Shown: positions 11,001-20,308 of the stretch, piece by piece
How the letters are laid out: the number at the start of each line of letters is the position of its first letter
Position numbering within the stretch: the stretch's first letter is position 1
From: a virus
Direction: 5' to 3' (one strand)
DNA: 64,000 nt
Virus record (IMG/VR): IMGVR_UViG_3300030019_000008
Notes under the pieces: generated by a model
The model's database searches: none
Told to the model about the DNA's origin: nothing
The model's input: only the letters and a program-made list of their open reading frames with translations
Made by a program: the position numbers and the translations under genes

Positions 11001-14000
11001 AAAGTCATTCGCCGAGGACACGACATCGATGGAGCAGTTCGTAATGCTCAGAATGAAATTGTTCTGACAGAAGCCGACATTGCCCAAGGCATCCACGATG
11101 TTGACGGAAAACCTTTCAAGTCCCGTCTGATGAAAGCCAAGGATTTTGTTGTTGGCAAAGTCAAGAAAGCCTGGGATATCACGACTGGCCTAGTTGGTAG
11201 AGGCTGGGAGATGACCAAGGGTCTTTTCGGTGGTATCAAGAAAGGTATCTTTGGCGCTGACGGTCTTGAGATTGCAGGCGGTAAGAAGATCCGCACTACC
11301 CTAGAAGCTATTCTTGATCTCTTGAGAGAGCGTCTGCCTAAGCCCAAGCGTATTCGTAAGGGATCTTGGGAAGAGCGTGAGAAAGAGGACGCAGCTCGTT
11401 CTGAAGAAAAGAAGTCCGCTCTTGAGAAGATCAAGGAGGGTGTCTCTGGTAATCCGCTGGCTAAGCTACTAAAGGCTGGTGGTGCTGGAATCCTGGGTGC
11501 TCTGGGTGGTCTCTTTGGTAAGAAGGGTGGTAAGGGTAAGGATGGCGAAGAAGAAGGCAAGGGCGGTAGCAGTTGGCTGGATAGGAGTCTGGATGCTCTG
11601 AATGCCTACTCTGATTACAAAATGATCAAGGGTATGGGCGGAGCAGGCAAAGCTGCTGAAGCAGGTGCGGCTATTGCTGGAAAGACTCGTCTGGGTAGGT
11701 GGCTCGGTGCTGGTCGTGGTTTGATTGGCAAGGGTGCTGCTCTGGGTGGTCAAGTTCTTGAAGGCTTTTCACCATCTGCCATGAAGGGTCTTCGTGCAGT
11801 TGGTGGTAAGGGTGCAGGACTTCTTGCTGCGGGTAAGGGCAAGATCGGTACTGGGCTCGAAGCAGTCAAGGGCTGGGGTGGTAAAGCAGCTGAAGCAGTT
11901 AAGGGTAAGATGCCAGGCAAAGGTCTTTGGGAAGGTGCCAAAGACATGACCAAGAGTGGCTGGGGCAAGATGGCTGGTTGGTTCGGTAAAGGTGGCGCAG
12001 CCGCTGCTGGTGCTGGTGCCGCTGAAGCCGGAGAAGCTGCTGCTGTTGGGTCTAAGGCTTTGAGGTTTGGCAAAACGCTCAAGGCTGTCACCCCTGGCGC
12101 TATTGCCGGCCTGGGTCTCGACTATGCAGGGGATAAGGTCGGGCATGAGAACCGCACAGGGGCAGGATTGGATATTGCTGGTGATATTGCTACAGGTGCT
12201 AGTACAGGTGCTGTAGTTGCATCGTTTATTCCTGTACCTATTCTCAGTACCATGATCGGTGGTTTGGTGGGCGGGGCAGCAGGTGGTGCCTACGGTCTCT
12301 ACAAGAATTGGGATACCATGAAGTTCAAAGCATCGGACTTCTTCGGTGAGAAAGCTTCCTTGTCTAACTTCTTCTTTGGTCAGCGTCTGCCTGGTAAGAT
12401 CGGTATGGTGCGCATGGCTCAGTACGGTGTTCTGCCTACTGAAGAAGACAAGGTCAAGAAGCTCCTGACTCTTGAAAAGATCGTTCGAGACAATGCAAAG
12501 ATGGTTAATGGGAGGCTTTCCTATTCCACCAAGGATATCCCAGCCAAGGATATCTTGAAGGCATTTAGCATTGACCCGACAAAGCCTGCTGATGTGCAAA
12601 GGTTCCATGAGTGGTTTGCTGTCAGGTTCAAACCTGTCTTTGCTCAGCATATGGAATCCCTCTACGCAGTCAATCCCAAAGCCAATCTCGACACACTCGA
12701 CGACGACCTCGATCCTGACCAGAAGACCAAGTACCTCAATGCAGTGAAGTCTATTCCTGGCATATTCGGTTGGACTAAGTCTCCCTTTGCTGATGGAGAG
12801 AATCTGAGCTCCAATGCAGCAGAAGTGGATAACGCCATCGCTATTGCTACGAAGAGCATCGGGGATACTGGTAAGAATGGTAAGCCTGCTGTTGTGGCTG
12901 CTGTTGCCGCAGGAGCGGCTGTGAATGCTGCGCAGGGCGGCGGCAAGACCGACGGTCAGAACTTAGTCAACGGTGTTAACAATCTCACTGACGTACCTGG
13001 TAACAGTCTTAAAGATGTTGCTAAGAGCGCTGGTAAGGTTGGTATCAGTGGAGCAGGTGTTGGGTTTGAAAATGGTAAGGTCAGCCTGACATCGCTCGAT
13101 TCTGTGCGTATGAAGACCTACGGCCTCGTAAACCTGGATCTTGCTAAGGTCAGGGCAATCATGAAGCTCGAAGAGGCAGCAGAAGACGGACTGACTTTTA
13201 CGAGCGACAAGACTGCTAACTGGTCTGGTGATGTTCCGGCTCTTGTGGCTAAGTGTGGTGGGGCTTTTGGTGTTCCTTCGCTTAACACAGAAGAGGGCAC
13301 TAACTTCATGACGTGGTTGACTCACCGGTTTATCCCGGTATTCACCACTCTTGCAAGTGGTATCAAAGTGATCACTGGTAAGAACACACCAGTGAAAACG
13401 ATGCGGGCTCTGACAGATGAGCAAGCACTGAATGTTGCAACTGCTTTGCAAACTGCGAAGGATAGCAATGGAGTCAGTGTTTGGACAATCACGACTTCAC
13501 CATGGCCGGATTACACGCTCAACACATCGTCTCAAAGTGTGCAGCGTACTCTGATCATGATGAGAAGTACTGTCAAGCCAACCACTGCAAGCGAGAAGAC
13601 CACCATGGTCGATCGCCGTACTGACGAGAACATCCGTCAGGCACAGAAGAATGGTTCACTGGTGAAGGGTCCTTGGACTGTGGCTCAAGGTGCCGCTGAT
13701 GCTGCAGCTATGGCAAACAACACGCCAAGTCGTGGTTTCATGGGAGCTATCGAGCATACAGCTGGGCAACTCTGGCATGATGTCAAGAACGTCTTTGGTT
13801 TTGGAGATCGTTCTCAGGTGGGTGAAGGTGCTGCCACAGCTAACGTCGGGATGACGGGCACTGGTGGTAAGGTTGACGGCATCGCTAGTCCTAAGGGTGC
13901 TGCTGGGTATGCGGCAATGAAGCCCATGCTCGATGAAGTTGCGAAGATGGTCGGGGTTGATCCTAACCTGCTGGCTACATTTGCAGCTATTGAGTCTGGC

Positions 14001-15023
14001 TTTAATCCGAGTGCTCATGCAAAGGGTGGTTCCGCATCAGGTCTGTTCCAGTTCATCGACAGCACCTGGAACATGATGATCAAAAAGTATGGTCCTAAGT
14101 ACGGTATCGCACCTGGGACTAATCAATTCGATCCTCGTGCTAATGCGCTCATGGGTGCTGAGTATCTGAAGAACAATGCTCAGATCATCAGCAAAGCCGT
14201 GGGTAGAGCTCCGACACAAACGGACCTTTATCTGGCTCACTTCATGGGTACAGGCGGTGCTACCAAGCTACTCAAGGCCGATCCCGATACCATAGCCGCA
14301 AATCTGTTCCCGAAGGAAGCAAGTGCTAACCCGAATATCTTCTATCCGGGTAAGCAACCGATTACCATTAAGGGGATGTACAACAATATCACTCAGCTGA
14401 TGGCTAACCGCACGAAGCAGTTTGGTATTGGTGGAAAGATGGCGGCTCCTGCCACAATGCCTGTGGCAGCCGGTGCAAAGCCTAAGGACGCAGTTACAGC
14501 GGCAAAGGGAGTAGCAAGTACGGCTCCTGGAGTTCCTGCTCCTACAAAACCCGTCACTCCCGCCGTAGCACCTGTCGCTGCCAAAACATCGGTAACGGCT
14601 GCTGTTACCGGTAATGGTGGCAGTAGTGGTGAAGTGGCCAAGATTACTGTTATTGGCAAACGCAAGTCTGTCGATAGCACGTCGTCTGTGGCATCTGCGA
14701 TGTCGAGTAATGCGGTGGCAATGCAAACTGCTGCTCGCACATCATCCTACACCAATAGCGGGCTTGACAATGGTAGCAACAGCGATGTTGTCAAGGTTCT
14801 TCAAGCGCAAACGGATATCCTCAAAGACATCCGGGATGCACTCTCGAAGAATGGTATTAGGGTGGCATCTGTTGATTCAATGCCTAACTCCTCACAGGGT
14901 AGTGTTGCATCATCTGACACATCTACACCGACTACTTCGGCTGACATCAGTGGGGACAATCCACAGGCGTCGACGAATCGTTCTCGTAGAGCAATACCCG
15001 TTTCAATGAAGAAGACGGCATAA
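8016..15023 (+). CDS. Tail tape measure protein with C-terminal lytic transglycosylase (phiKZ gp181-like)
   Basis: 2335 aa, helical, with a Gly/Ala-rich membrane-like segment. SLT motifs AAIESGFNP, ASGLFQFIDSTW and LYLAHFMG near the C-terminus. Confidence 0.9.
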   Translation: MSKSKSKGGDFDFDDKDLDFGNDFDFDFDKISADKAPKVKGGRAAIQDVGRGMIEGMKDEALSANFFKRVVKKALPKEYGKAMDFAEDSVGTIKDTFADAAKIAKPAINQTKRTIQKLVPSMRGKIPKGMADKLEAWSKPESTGVGAQGDQRESGLQMMMASLFQQQAEDQQEKDAQTGAKSMLQDALTTTRHNDNMSQLDAIRMNTLRLATYQDRVTARYQRQMLEIQYRHYFVAQDTLEELKKVSVTATTNLEAITHNTALPEIQKMKKSESFKEQIRNRFVGGALDSVLGKRGEFASNFKKNLAGTVQSKMRDFTDSFTTALEAAESMNDMMESSKEMGMDMSYNQIGGSIVGGSMVQKLGNWLGDKASKAIGKNKKLDTAVRKGAQNLGYGMENKEQLLKDFANSDKWDNIPIIGGFVRGIKDLVPSLRNSMSVTSDNMRGLREPVAFNNGANKSITEIIPGFLSRIHQELKIIRTGDASTEALVYDHSANKFSEHTTFKAKVFGDLIRKDDRERTDRDSDALIDMIDPKKKLKRHERAALSKHLITNNINGVTADPTQLARTSHYTGDAAKHAKKFSRLFKDAFKIDDEGKMAGTVESATLRRQFASKYNELGSAFSGINGRMQDYVNAGNYQQLQELGIIDDQGYVNNKLMEEYMGGKMPNLGQKPNGPVKPTTTQQSLMNQIHTDHTTQTNAKNINRRRRGKRGMFGDPDGEDISTPKGWNKDVINNQERMIEAIKEANTSETTDKILEAVVSIGSILPELSFTGGNGDPKQAEKLGFFQRSIGGLLSSGIKGAFSGARKLVTGSLKLGMKLTRGVFKGTGWGAGKVLGGLGWAKNYLTSKYEAADIWVKGDLKPRLLAWKLEAGEYLDAKTGEVITKLEDIKGDIKDKAGNIVMTLEDFKKAYVPKAKMRITRAIQSIASLAKGALDMGLNGTRSLYSAMWKYGKMGHAFLQDKLSRGEDVYVKGEKLPRLTAIVMRGKGYFSVNTGKVIRRGHDIDGAVRNAQNEIVLTEADIAQGIHDVDGKPFKSRLMKAKDFVVGKVKKAWDITTGLVGRGWEMTKGLFGGIKKGIFGADGLEIAGGKKIRTTLEAILDLLRERLPKPKRIRKGSWEEREKEDAARSEEKKSALEKIKEGVSGNPLAKLLKAGGAGILGALGGLFGKKGGKGKDGEEEGKGGSSWLDRSLDALNAYSDYKMIKGMGGAGKAAEAGAAIAGKTRLGRWLGAGRGLIGKGAALGGQVLEGFSPSAMKGLRAVGGKGAGLLAAGKGKIGTGLEAVKGWGGKAAEAVKGKMPGKGLWEGAKDMTKSGWGKMAGWFGKGGAAAAGAGAAEAGEAAAVGSKALRFGKTLKAVTPGAIAGLGLDYAGDKVGHENRTGAGLDIAGDIATGASTGAVVASFIPVPILSTMIGGLVGGAAGGAYGLYKNWDTMKFKASDFFGEKASLSNFFFGQRLPGKIGMVRMAQYGVLPTEEDKVKKLLTLEKIVRDNAKMVNGRLSYSTKDIPAKDILKAFSIDPTKPADVQRFHEWFAVRFKPVFAQHMESLYAVNPKANLDTLDDDLDPDQKTKYLNAVKSIPGIFGWTKSPFADGENLSSNAAEVDNAIAIATKSIGDTGKNGKPAVVAAVAAGAAVNAAQGGGKTDGQNLVNGVNNLTDVPGNSLKDVAKSAGKVGISGAGVGFENGKVSLTSLDSVRMKTYGLVNLDLAKVRAIMKLEEAAEDGLTFTSDKTANWSGDVPALVAKCGGAFGVPSLNTEEGTNFMTWLTHRFIPVFTTLASGIKVITGKNTPVKTMRALTDEQALNVATALQTAKDSNGVSVWTITTSPWPDYTLNTSSQSVQRTLIMMRSTVKPTTASEKTTMVDRRTDENIRQAQKNGSLVKGPWTVAQGAADAAAMANNTPSRGFMGAIEHTAGQLWHDVKNVFGFGDRSQVGEGAATANVGMTGTGGKVDGIASPKGAAGYAAMKPMLDEVAKMVGVDPNLLATFAAIESGFNPSAHAKGGSASGLFQFIDSTWNMMIKKYGPKYGIAPGTNQFDPRANALMGAEYLKNNAQIISKAVGRAPTQTDLYLAHFMGTGGATKLLKADPDTIAANLFPKEASANPNIFYPGKQPITIKGMYNNITQLMANRTKQFGIGGKMAAPATMPVAAGAKPKDAVTAAKGVASTAPGVPAPTKPVTPAVAPVAAKTSVTAAVTGNGGSSGEVAKITVIGKRKSVDSTSSVASAMSSNAVAMQTAARTSSYTNSGLDNGSNSDVVKVLQAQTDILKDIRDALSKNGIRVASVDSMPNSSQGSVASSDTSTPTTSADISGDNPQASTNRSRRAIPVSMKKTA

Positions 15024-15034
15024 CCTACTGTAAA

Positions 15035-15069
15035 CCATACTCCTTCGGATAATATCTGAGGGAGTATGG
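15035..15069. terminator. 16-bp hairpin (2 G:U pairs on +) after the tape measure gene
   Basis: CCATACTCCTTCGGAT-AAT-ATCTGAGGGAGTATGG, preceded by CGGCATAA (the stop codon). Confidence 0.6.
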
Positions 15070-15128
15070 AGCAGTTTTCTATGATTCTCCACACATCTAA
15101 AGACTTTAACTAACAAGGGACTATCGAA

Positions 15129-17039
15129 ATGGCCGGTCCTCTACTTGCCGACAGAGAGTGGATTCAGAAAGCATTTTTCCTGAATAAGAATGCTTACGAC
15201 AATGCTACCACAAAAGCACGTCGCACCTTCTCTACTGTCCTCTTCAAATTTACCGATACCACCCCTGGTGGTAACTTTGCAATCAACCCCCTCCCCCAGT
15301 TCACAAGAACGGCTGACATCCCTGTTAAGGGTCGCTATACTTCTTCAACTGGCATGGGAAGATGCTACAGTGAAGCGATTGATGACAATCAGCAGCTGGT
15401 CAACATGCGCTATGGTGTTCCTCAGTTCAATTCACTGACGACCTTCTTTACTGGATTCTATAAAGCCAGTGCAGGTAGGCTGGCTCGTACAGGTCGTGGT
15501 TTCAGCGTCATGGGTCTATTGGGTAAAGTAGCGGGTTATGTGGTTAACCTGATTACTCTGCCTCTGACCATCATCATGACCACGTTCTACATCATTCGGT
15601 TTCTGGCTGGTAAACCGAGTAGTAAGTACTACTACTTGAAACCCACCATGCCACTGTACTGGAACGCCGTGACCACCATGGTTAACATCATGGCGGTGAA
15701 CCGAGGTATCTTGCCTCGTGTGTTTGGTGACAATACAGTTCAACAGGCAATGGGGCGCTCCGACTTGAACTTCTCACCCGACCAATACAAACTCTACAAG
15801 AAAATGCTCAAGGGCGATGTTTTCTTGGAGTCTGGCGGTATCGACGTCTATGCCATTGCAAACAGGGCTCAGAGACTCGCTAGGCGTCAGCAAAAGGCCA
15901 TGCAGGCAGCAGCTGAGTCTTCCGACACTATCACGCTCGATAAGCTGGTGGATTCTGTTAGCAAGCAAGGATTGGATGGTGCTGGTCCACACAAAAACCT
16001 GCCTGACTATGTGAGCGCATGGTGGTCAAGTGGTCCGGGTGAAATGCCTACTTCTCCGGATGGTACTGCCAGCAAGACTACCTCGGATGAGCAAGTTCCC
16101 AAACAAGGAGATGAGTCAGTTTGGGAAAGACTGGCTAGCTTCTATACTGCCGAACTCGATGACGGTTCGGCTTTTGCAACGTTCCGAGTCGATGCGTCAG
16201 GTCCTGCCAGTGAGAGTTTCAGCAATACCCACACACCATCCGAGATTGCTCAGTCAATCAACGGTATGTCTGCATCATCCAGAAGCACAAATTTCTCACT
16301 GGCTGGCGGCAATATTGCATCAGCTATTACTTCTGCAATTGGCGGGATCAAAGACTTCACAGCTGAACTGGCTGATAGTGTCGGCTTGCAAGGATTGGTG
16401 GTACTGGGCGGTGGTGCTTTTGCTGATATTCCCGAACACTGGGATCAGTCGTCTGCATCATTCAACAGAACGAGTTATTCCTTCAAGCTTATCTGTCCGT
16501 ACAACAATCCACTGTGTCAGCTGATCTATATCGACTTGCCGATGGCTATGCTCTTGGCTGCGGCATTGCCGATGTCAACTGGTCCTCAGTCGTACACGAG
16601 TCCATTCCTGCTTGAACTCTACGACAAGGGACACTGCCAGACACGACTGGGAATGATTGATAGTCTGTCATTCACTCGCGGTACGGCTAACCTACCATTC
16701 AGCTCAGAATGGAAAGCAATGGCTGTGGATGTCAGCTTTACTATTGCCGATCTTTCCAGCGTGATTGCGATGCCTATCACTGAAGGCTTTACCATGAACC
16801 TGGTTGATACCACTTTTAGTGACGACAATACCTTCACGGACTATATGGCTGTTCTGGCAGGCATGGGTCTAGCAGATCAGATCTATGCTCTGCGTAAATT
16901 GAAACTCAACCTGACTCGCCAGATGGCTCAATGGAACACATTCTTTAGCGTGTCTCACTTTGCTAACTGGATGGGTGACAACTCTTTCATTCCTCCTTCG
17001 AAGTTGATGTCCGCTTGGTATCGCGGCACAGGCAGATAA
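15129..17039 (+). CDS. Tail/baseplate structural protein (phiKZ gp182-like)
   Basis: 636-aa ORF directly downstream of the tape measure gene, with an AAGGGA SD. Synteny. Confidence 0.7.
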   Translation: MAGPLLADREWIQKAFFLNKNAYDNATTKARRTFSTVLFKFTDTTPGGNFAINPLPQFTRTADIPVKGRYTSSTGMGRCYSEAIDDNQQLVNMRYGVPQFNSLTTFFTGFYKASAGRLARTGRGFSVMGLLGKVAGYVVNLITLPLTIIMTTFYIIRFLAGKPSSKYYYLKPTMPLYWNAVTTMVNIMAVNRGILPRVFGDNTVQQAMGRSDLNFSPDQYKLYKKMLKGDVFLESGGIDVYAIANRAQRLARRQQKAMQAAAESSDTITLDKLVDSVSKQGLDGAGPHKNLPDYVSAWWSSGPGEMPTSPDGTASKTTSDEQVPKQGDESVWERLASFYTAELDDGSAFATFRVDASGPASESFSNTHTPSEIAQSINGMSASSRSTNFSLAGGNIASAITSAIGGIKDFTAELADSVGLQGLVVLGGGAFADIPEHWDQSSASFNRTSYSFKLICPYNNPLCQLIYIDLPMAMLLAAALPMSTGPQSYTSPFLLELYDKGHCQTRLGMIDSLSFTRGTANLPFSSEWKAMAVDVSFTIADLSSVIAMPITEGFTMNLVDTTFSDDNTFTDYMAVLAGMGLADQIYALRKLKLNLTRQMAQWNTFFSVSHFANWMGDNSFIPPSKLMSAWYRGTGR

Positions 17040-17046
17040 CTGCATA

Positions 17047-17085
17047 CTCTCTATCCTACTCCTTTCACGGGAGTAGGATAGAGAG
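17047..17085. terminator. 16-bp perfect hairpin between convergent genes
   Basis: CTCTCTATCCTACTCC-TTTCACG-GGAGTAGGATAGAGAG, preceded by GCATA. Confidence 0.75.
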
Positions 17086-17093
17086 AGCAGCAA

Positions 17094-17501
17094 TCACATC
17101 ACTTTGTCAAGTGATTGATAAACAGAAACCAGCCAGTCATTGATGTTGCCATATGGGGAGAAGAAGCGATTCATAACTTCATGCGTCACAGTCATGTCAG
17201 GAAAAGACATGATCATGTCCAGCTCTTTTGAGCACTTGTAGGTTAACTGCCCACCAAACTCATCAGGAGCCTTGACAATGTAGACGGGTCCCAAGACCGT
17301 TCCGATGATCAGGATCTTGTAAGAACAGGTGCCAAACCGACTCTCGGCATAGTACTCGTACTTACAAACACGACTGGCTGCAATCTCAGGATGTTCATCG
17401 CTCATCAATCCATCGAGCTGGTCAGGGTGATAAATACGGCCCGTATAGACATCCGTGCAAGCATCAAAATAGTGTTCAAACAAAGCCCTGGCTGACATCA
17501 T
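17094..17501 (-). CDS. Hypothetical protein (135 aa)
   Basis: Start moved to the ATG after an AAGGAAGGA SD, which removes the overlap with the upstream gene. Confidence 0.65.
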   Translation of the reverse strand: MMSARALFEHYFDACTDVYTGRIYHPDQLDGLMSDEHPEIAASRVCKYEYYAESRFGTCSYKILIIGTVLGPVYIVKAPDEFGGQLTYKCSKELDMIMSFPDMTVTHEVMNRFFSPYGNINDWLVSVYQSLDKVM

Positions 17502-17508
17502 TCCTTCC

Positions 17509-18597
17509 TTAAAAGAAGGTCGTGATCTGACTCGACACACTGCTCGACAGATTAAGACCATTTTTACTGGATGCATCCGAAATACTCGATGTTACATCAT
17601 CGGTTGTCAATTGCGTTGCAAGCAAGTAATCGACAGACTTATCATCTTTCGATCCTGTTGCACCTGCCGCTATCACAGACTTAAAACCAGATGTGGGGTC
17701 CGAGCTACTCGTGAGCAGAGATGAAATATCCGTGCACACTTCAGGAGTAGTACTCAGAGGGTTACGTGTTGCCACATTCCACGTAGGATCGACCGCTGTG
17801 AACGTGGAGAATGAACTCGTATAGGACGACACCTTATCAGAGATAGAGGCAGCATCCGTGGTCTGGAAACTGGTGGCGTACGTACTCACTAGTGAAGGAC
17901 TGGCACACTCAGCAGCACCCTTGGTACTCAAACCCACCATGGACTTGAGATCAATGCTGTTAGCGTACTTAGCAGCTGAGTTAGCAGCCATCTTCGTGAT
18001 AGAGTCGATGACGCCCTTCTCACTGGATGCATTGAGCACTGTTCCAGACAAACCCTGAACACCGAGCTTGCTAGCAGTGTTGAGCAAAGCTGCCCCTGCC
18101 GTAATTGCTGCGCTGGTGTCCGTGATCTTCAATGTATTGACGCCAGTGATATTTTTCGCCATTGACTGCAATGACGTTACACTCGTCAGATTACCTACAT
18201 TGATATTGGATACCACACCACCGATGTTAGTGCTGAGCTTGTCTGACATGCCCAGTGCAGCACACGCTGATGCTACAGATGTGCTCGCTGACTTGGTAAG
18301 ACCAGTGAGCAAGTTCGAAGTGGTGGAATTGCTTGCCAGCCTTTGCAATACTTGAGAGACTGATTTTGTTGACGCTGCCGTCTTAGCCAGTGCAATTACA
18401 TCAGTCAGATTGGAACCAGTGATCTTGGTGTTGCTGCTCTTAATGGTGTCCAAGACATCCGCGGATGGCTTGGTGGTAACTGACTCAACGGATGAAACAA
18501 CAGCATTATTACCGCTGGCGTTATAAACGTCAACAGTGGCAGTGCTGTCATCTGCACCTGTTGAGAATACGGTAGTTGCAAGGCGAGGGATTGCCAT
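17509..18597 (-). CDS. Ser/Thr-rich probable virion protein
   Basis: 362 aa from MAIPRL, with a GAGG SD. Very S/T/A-rich and next to tail genes. Confidence 0.6.
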   Translation of the reverse strand: MAIPRLATTVFSTGADDSTATVDVYNASGNNAVVSSVESVTTKPSADVLDTIKSSNTKITGSNLTDVIALAKTAASTKSVSQVLQRLASNSTTSNLLTGLTKSASTSVASACAALGMSDKLSTNIGGVVSNINVGNLTSVTSLQSMAKNITGVNTLKITDTSAAITAGAALLNTASKLGVQGLSGTVLNASSEKGVIDSITKMAANSAAKYANSIDLKSMVGLSTKGAAECASPSLVSTYATSFQTTDAASISDKVSSYTSSFSTFTAVDPTWNVATRNPLSTTPEVCTDISSLLTSSSDPTSGFKSVIAAGATGSKDDKSVDYLLATQLTTDDVTSSISDASSKNGLNLSSSVSSQITTFF

Positions 18598-18646
18598 TAT
18601 GAACCTCTCTGGGATCAATGATTTAGTCAAATGATTGACCCAAAGG

Positions 18647-18708
18647 GCAAAAAAAGAAATAAGCTCATACCCATACCACCTAGAGACACATGTCTCTAGG
18701 TGGTATGG
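18647..18708 (-). terminator. 17-bp hairpin plus displaced U-tract (CTTATTTCTTTTTTTGC)
   Basis: CCATACCACCTAGAGAC-ACAT-GTCTCTAGGTGGTATGG (18671-18708). The tail at 18647-18663 is 16/17 identical to 57078-57094. Confidence 0.75.
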
Positions 18709-18717
18709 AATGGGTAC

Positions 18718-19287
18718 TTACTTCTTCGGATCAAACTCTTTCTTGCGATCACCTTGCAGGTATTCGCGGATGTGAGTCAGGCCTTCGATCAACCAATTGC
18801 AGTGAGTGCTGTGAACCAGAATCCTGTTGGGGCCATGCAGGTAGTACGACTTGAAAGGCAGAGACGACGATACCAGCAGGTATTCGAGATTGGGGTTTTG
18901 GGTGATTTTGTAGTAGCTGGCCAGAATGATTTCACGACGGAAGTTTGCAATCTTGACTTGCTTGGTCTTTTGCTTACCATACTGGTGAGCTGACAGACCG
19001 GAGATGCTGCGAAGTTGGTCATGCTGTTGGCGATTCTCCGCACATACCCAACGCCAGAATCCTTCAAGCGTCCGGAAAGGTCCGTAGATAGGGTGTGTGA
19101 AAGGAGTTTCAGCCAGAGTGCCAAGCAACTGTCCGAGTTCCGTACGGGAAGCATCATCGATGTTGATGTGGGTCACTCCGTCATTTTCAACTTCGCTCAA
19201 ACTGAAGTTTGCCATGTCTTCGACGAGCGAGATCTCTTCGACAGGTGCTGATGGATTTCTTGGTTTTGCAAGTTGTTTTCCGGACAT
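18718..19287 (-). CDS. NADAR-like (T4 gp30.3/YbiA fold) putative ADP-ribosyl hydrolase, paralogue 1
   Basis: Motifs PFTHPIYGPFRTLEGFW, ISGLSAHQYGK and KITQNPNLEYLLVSS resemble NADAR F.s.E and K..QN..L...L..T. Clear paralogue of 22738-23211. Confidence 0.6.
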   Translation of the reverse strand: MSGKQLAKPRNPSAPVEEISLVEDMANFSLSEVENDGVTHINIDDASRTELGQLLGTLAETPFTHPIYGPFRTLEGFWRWVCAENRQQHDQLRSISGLSAHQYGKQKTKQVKIANFRREIILASYYKITQNPNLEYLLVSSSLPFKSYYLHGPNRILVHSTHCNWLIEGLTHIREYLQGDRKKEFDPKK

Positions 19288-19296
19288 AATTTTCTC

Positions 19297-19704
19297 TTAT
19301 TGTTCATCATCAGGCATGTCTTCGAGGATCACAGGAATACTCAGATGTTCCCACTCCGGGCAATCCCTACGCTTCCACCTGACGCTAAATTCCACATCAG
19401 TGATCTGGAGAATTCGGAACCCTTTACAGAGTACCTTCCAGGTCATCTTTCTACGTCCAAACTCCTTATTGAGATTCCCTTTATTGGAACCTCTGTCCTT
19501 ACGGTTATCCGGAATACCGTGACTGGGGTTTACCAAATACTGGTAAACCAAAGAAGTCCAGATGCTAGTTTTCGGAACAATCCGTCCAATCATCATTCGG
19601 AATAACCGACTGAGTATTCCTCCAATACCCAAACAGTTCCCGACTAGATTGTCGCCATCTGAGATGATCTTCTCTATTGGATCAATCTCGTCATTTATAC
19701 TCAT
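19297..19704 (-). CDS. Hypothetical protein (135 aa)
   Basis: ATG after an AGGAG SD, in tandem with neighbours. Confidence 0.7.
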   Translation of the reverse strand: MSINDEIDPIEKIISDGDNLVGNCLGIGGILSRLFRMMIGRIVPKTSIWTSLVYQYLVNPSHGIPDNRKDRGSNKGNLNKEFGRRKMTWKVLCKGFRILQITDVEFSVRWKRRDCPEWEHLSIPVILEDMPDDEQ

Positions 19705-19712
19705 GCTTACTC

Positions 19713-20243
19713 CTATACGAGGAAATAGGCAATCCTTGTCAACGTCTGGCAAAGATGGTCTACCAAACGCAAGCCTTGTCTGTGATAATAGCTCTCAAGT
19801 GCTTTATCACTGAGTTTTTGGTATTCTTCAATGAATTGAAAAATAGCTTTTTGTAGGGCTGTCCACTGAACTGTAACATCCAGGTAAGCACCTTTATGTG
19901 ACACAAAGAACTTTATCAGGTCGGTATGCTGTGTCTCGCGATACCGATCAGTATTTACAGCATCTCCTTTCCTCATCAAGTGCCTGAAGTCATTCAGATG
20001 ATTGATCACAGAATCTATGGATGATGCGACTGCTTCAAATTCGTATTGAGATTTGAGAAAGTCCTCCTTTTCAATTATGTATTGTGGATCTATCGCACGA
20101 CAGATTTCCAGAGCAGAATCCATCAGGATTTCGAAATCTCTCTGGGATGTGAGCGATATATCATGTGAGCTGACGCGTCTCAGTATCGAGCGCAAGTTTG
20201 CGCGATAAAGAAACCGTCTAACAGCATAGAAAAATCCTTTCAC
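19713..20243 (-). CDS. Hypothetical protein (176 aa)
   Basis: GTG start with a GGAGG SD, first gene after the putative early promoter. Confidence 0.75.
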   Translation of the reverse strand: MKGFFYAVRRFLYRANLRSILRRVSSHDISLTSQRDFEILMDSALEICRAIDPQYIIEKEDFLKSQYEFEAVASSIDSVINHLNDFRHLMRKGDAVNTDRYRETQHTDLIKFFVSHKGAYLDVTVQWTALQKAIFQFIEEYQKLSDKALESYYHRQGLRLVDHLCQTLTRIAYFLV

Positions 20244-20260
20244 TCTTTACCTCCACTGTA

Positions 20261-20279
20261 AAGTAATGAGTGTTTGAAA
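20261..20279 (-). promoter_or_regulatory. Putative early (vRNAP) promoter TTTCAAACACTCATTACTT
   Basis: 18/19 identical to 61953-61971. Resembles the phiKZ early motif (TTTaA...TATATTAC). Confidence 0.65.
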
Positions 20280-20308
20280 AAACTTAGAGCATACAATTGG
20301 AGTCAATC

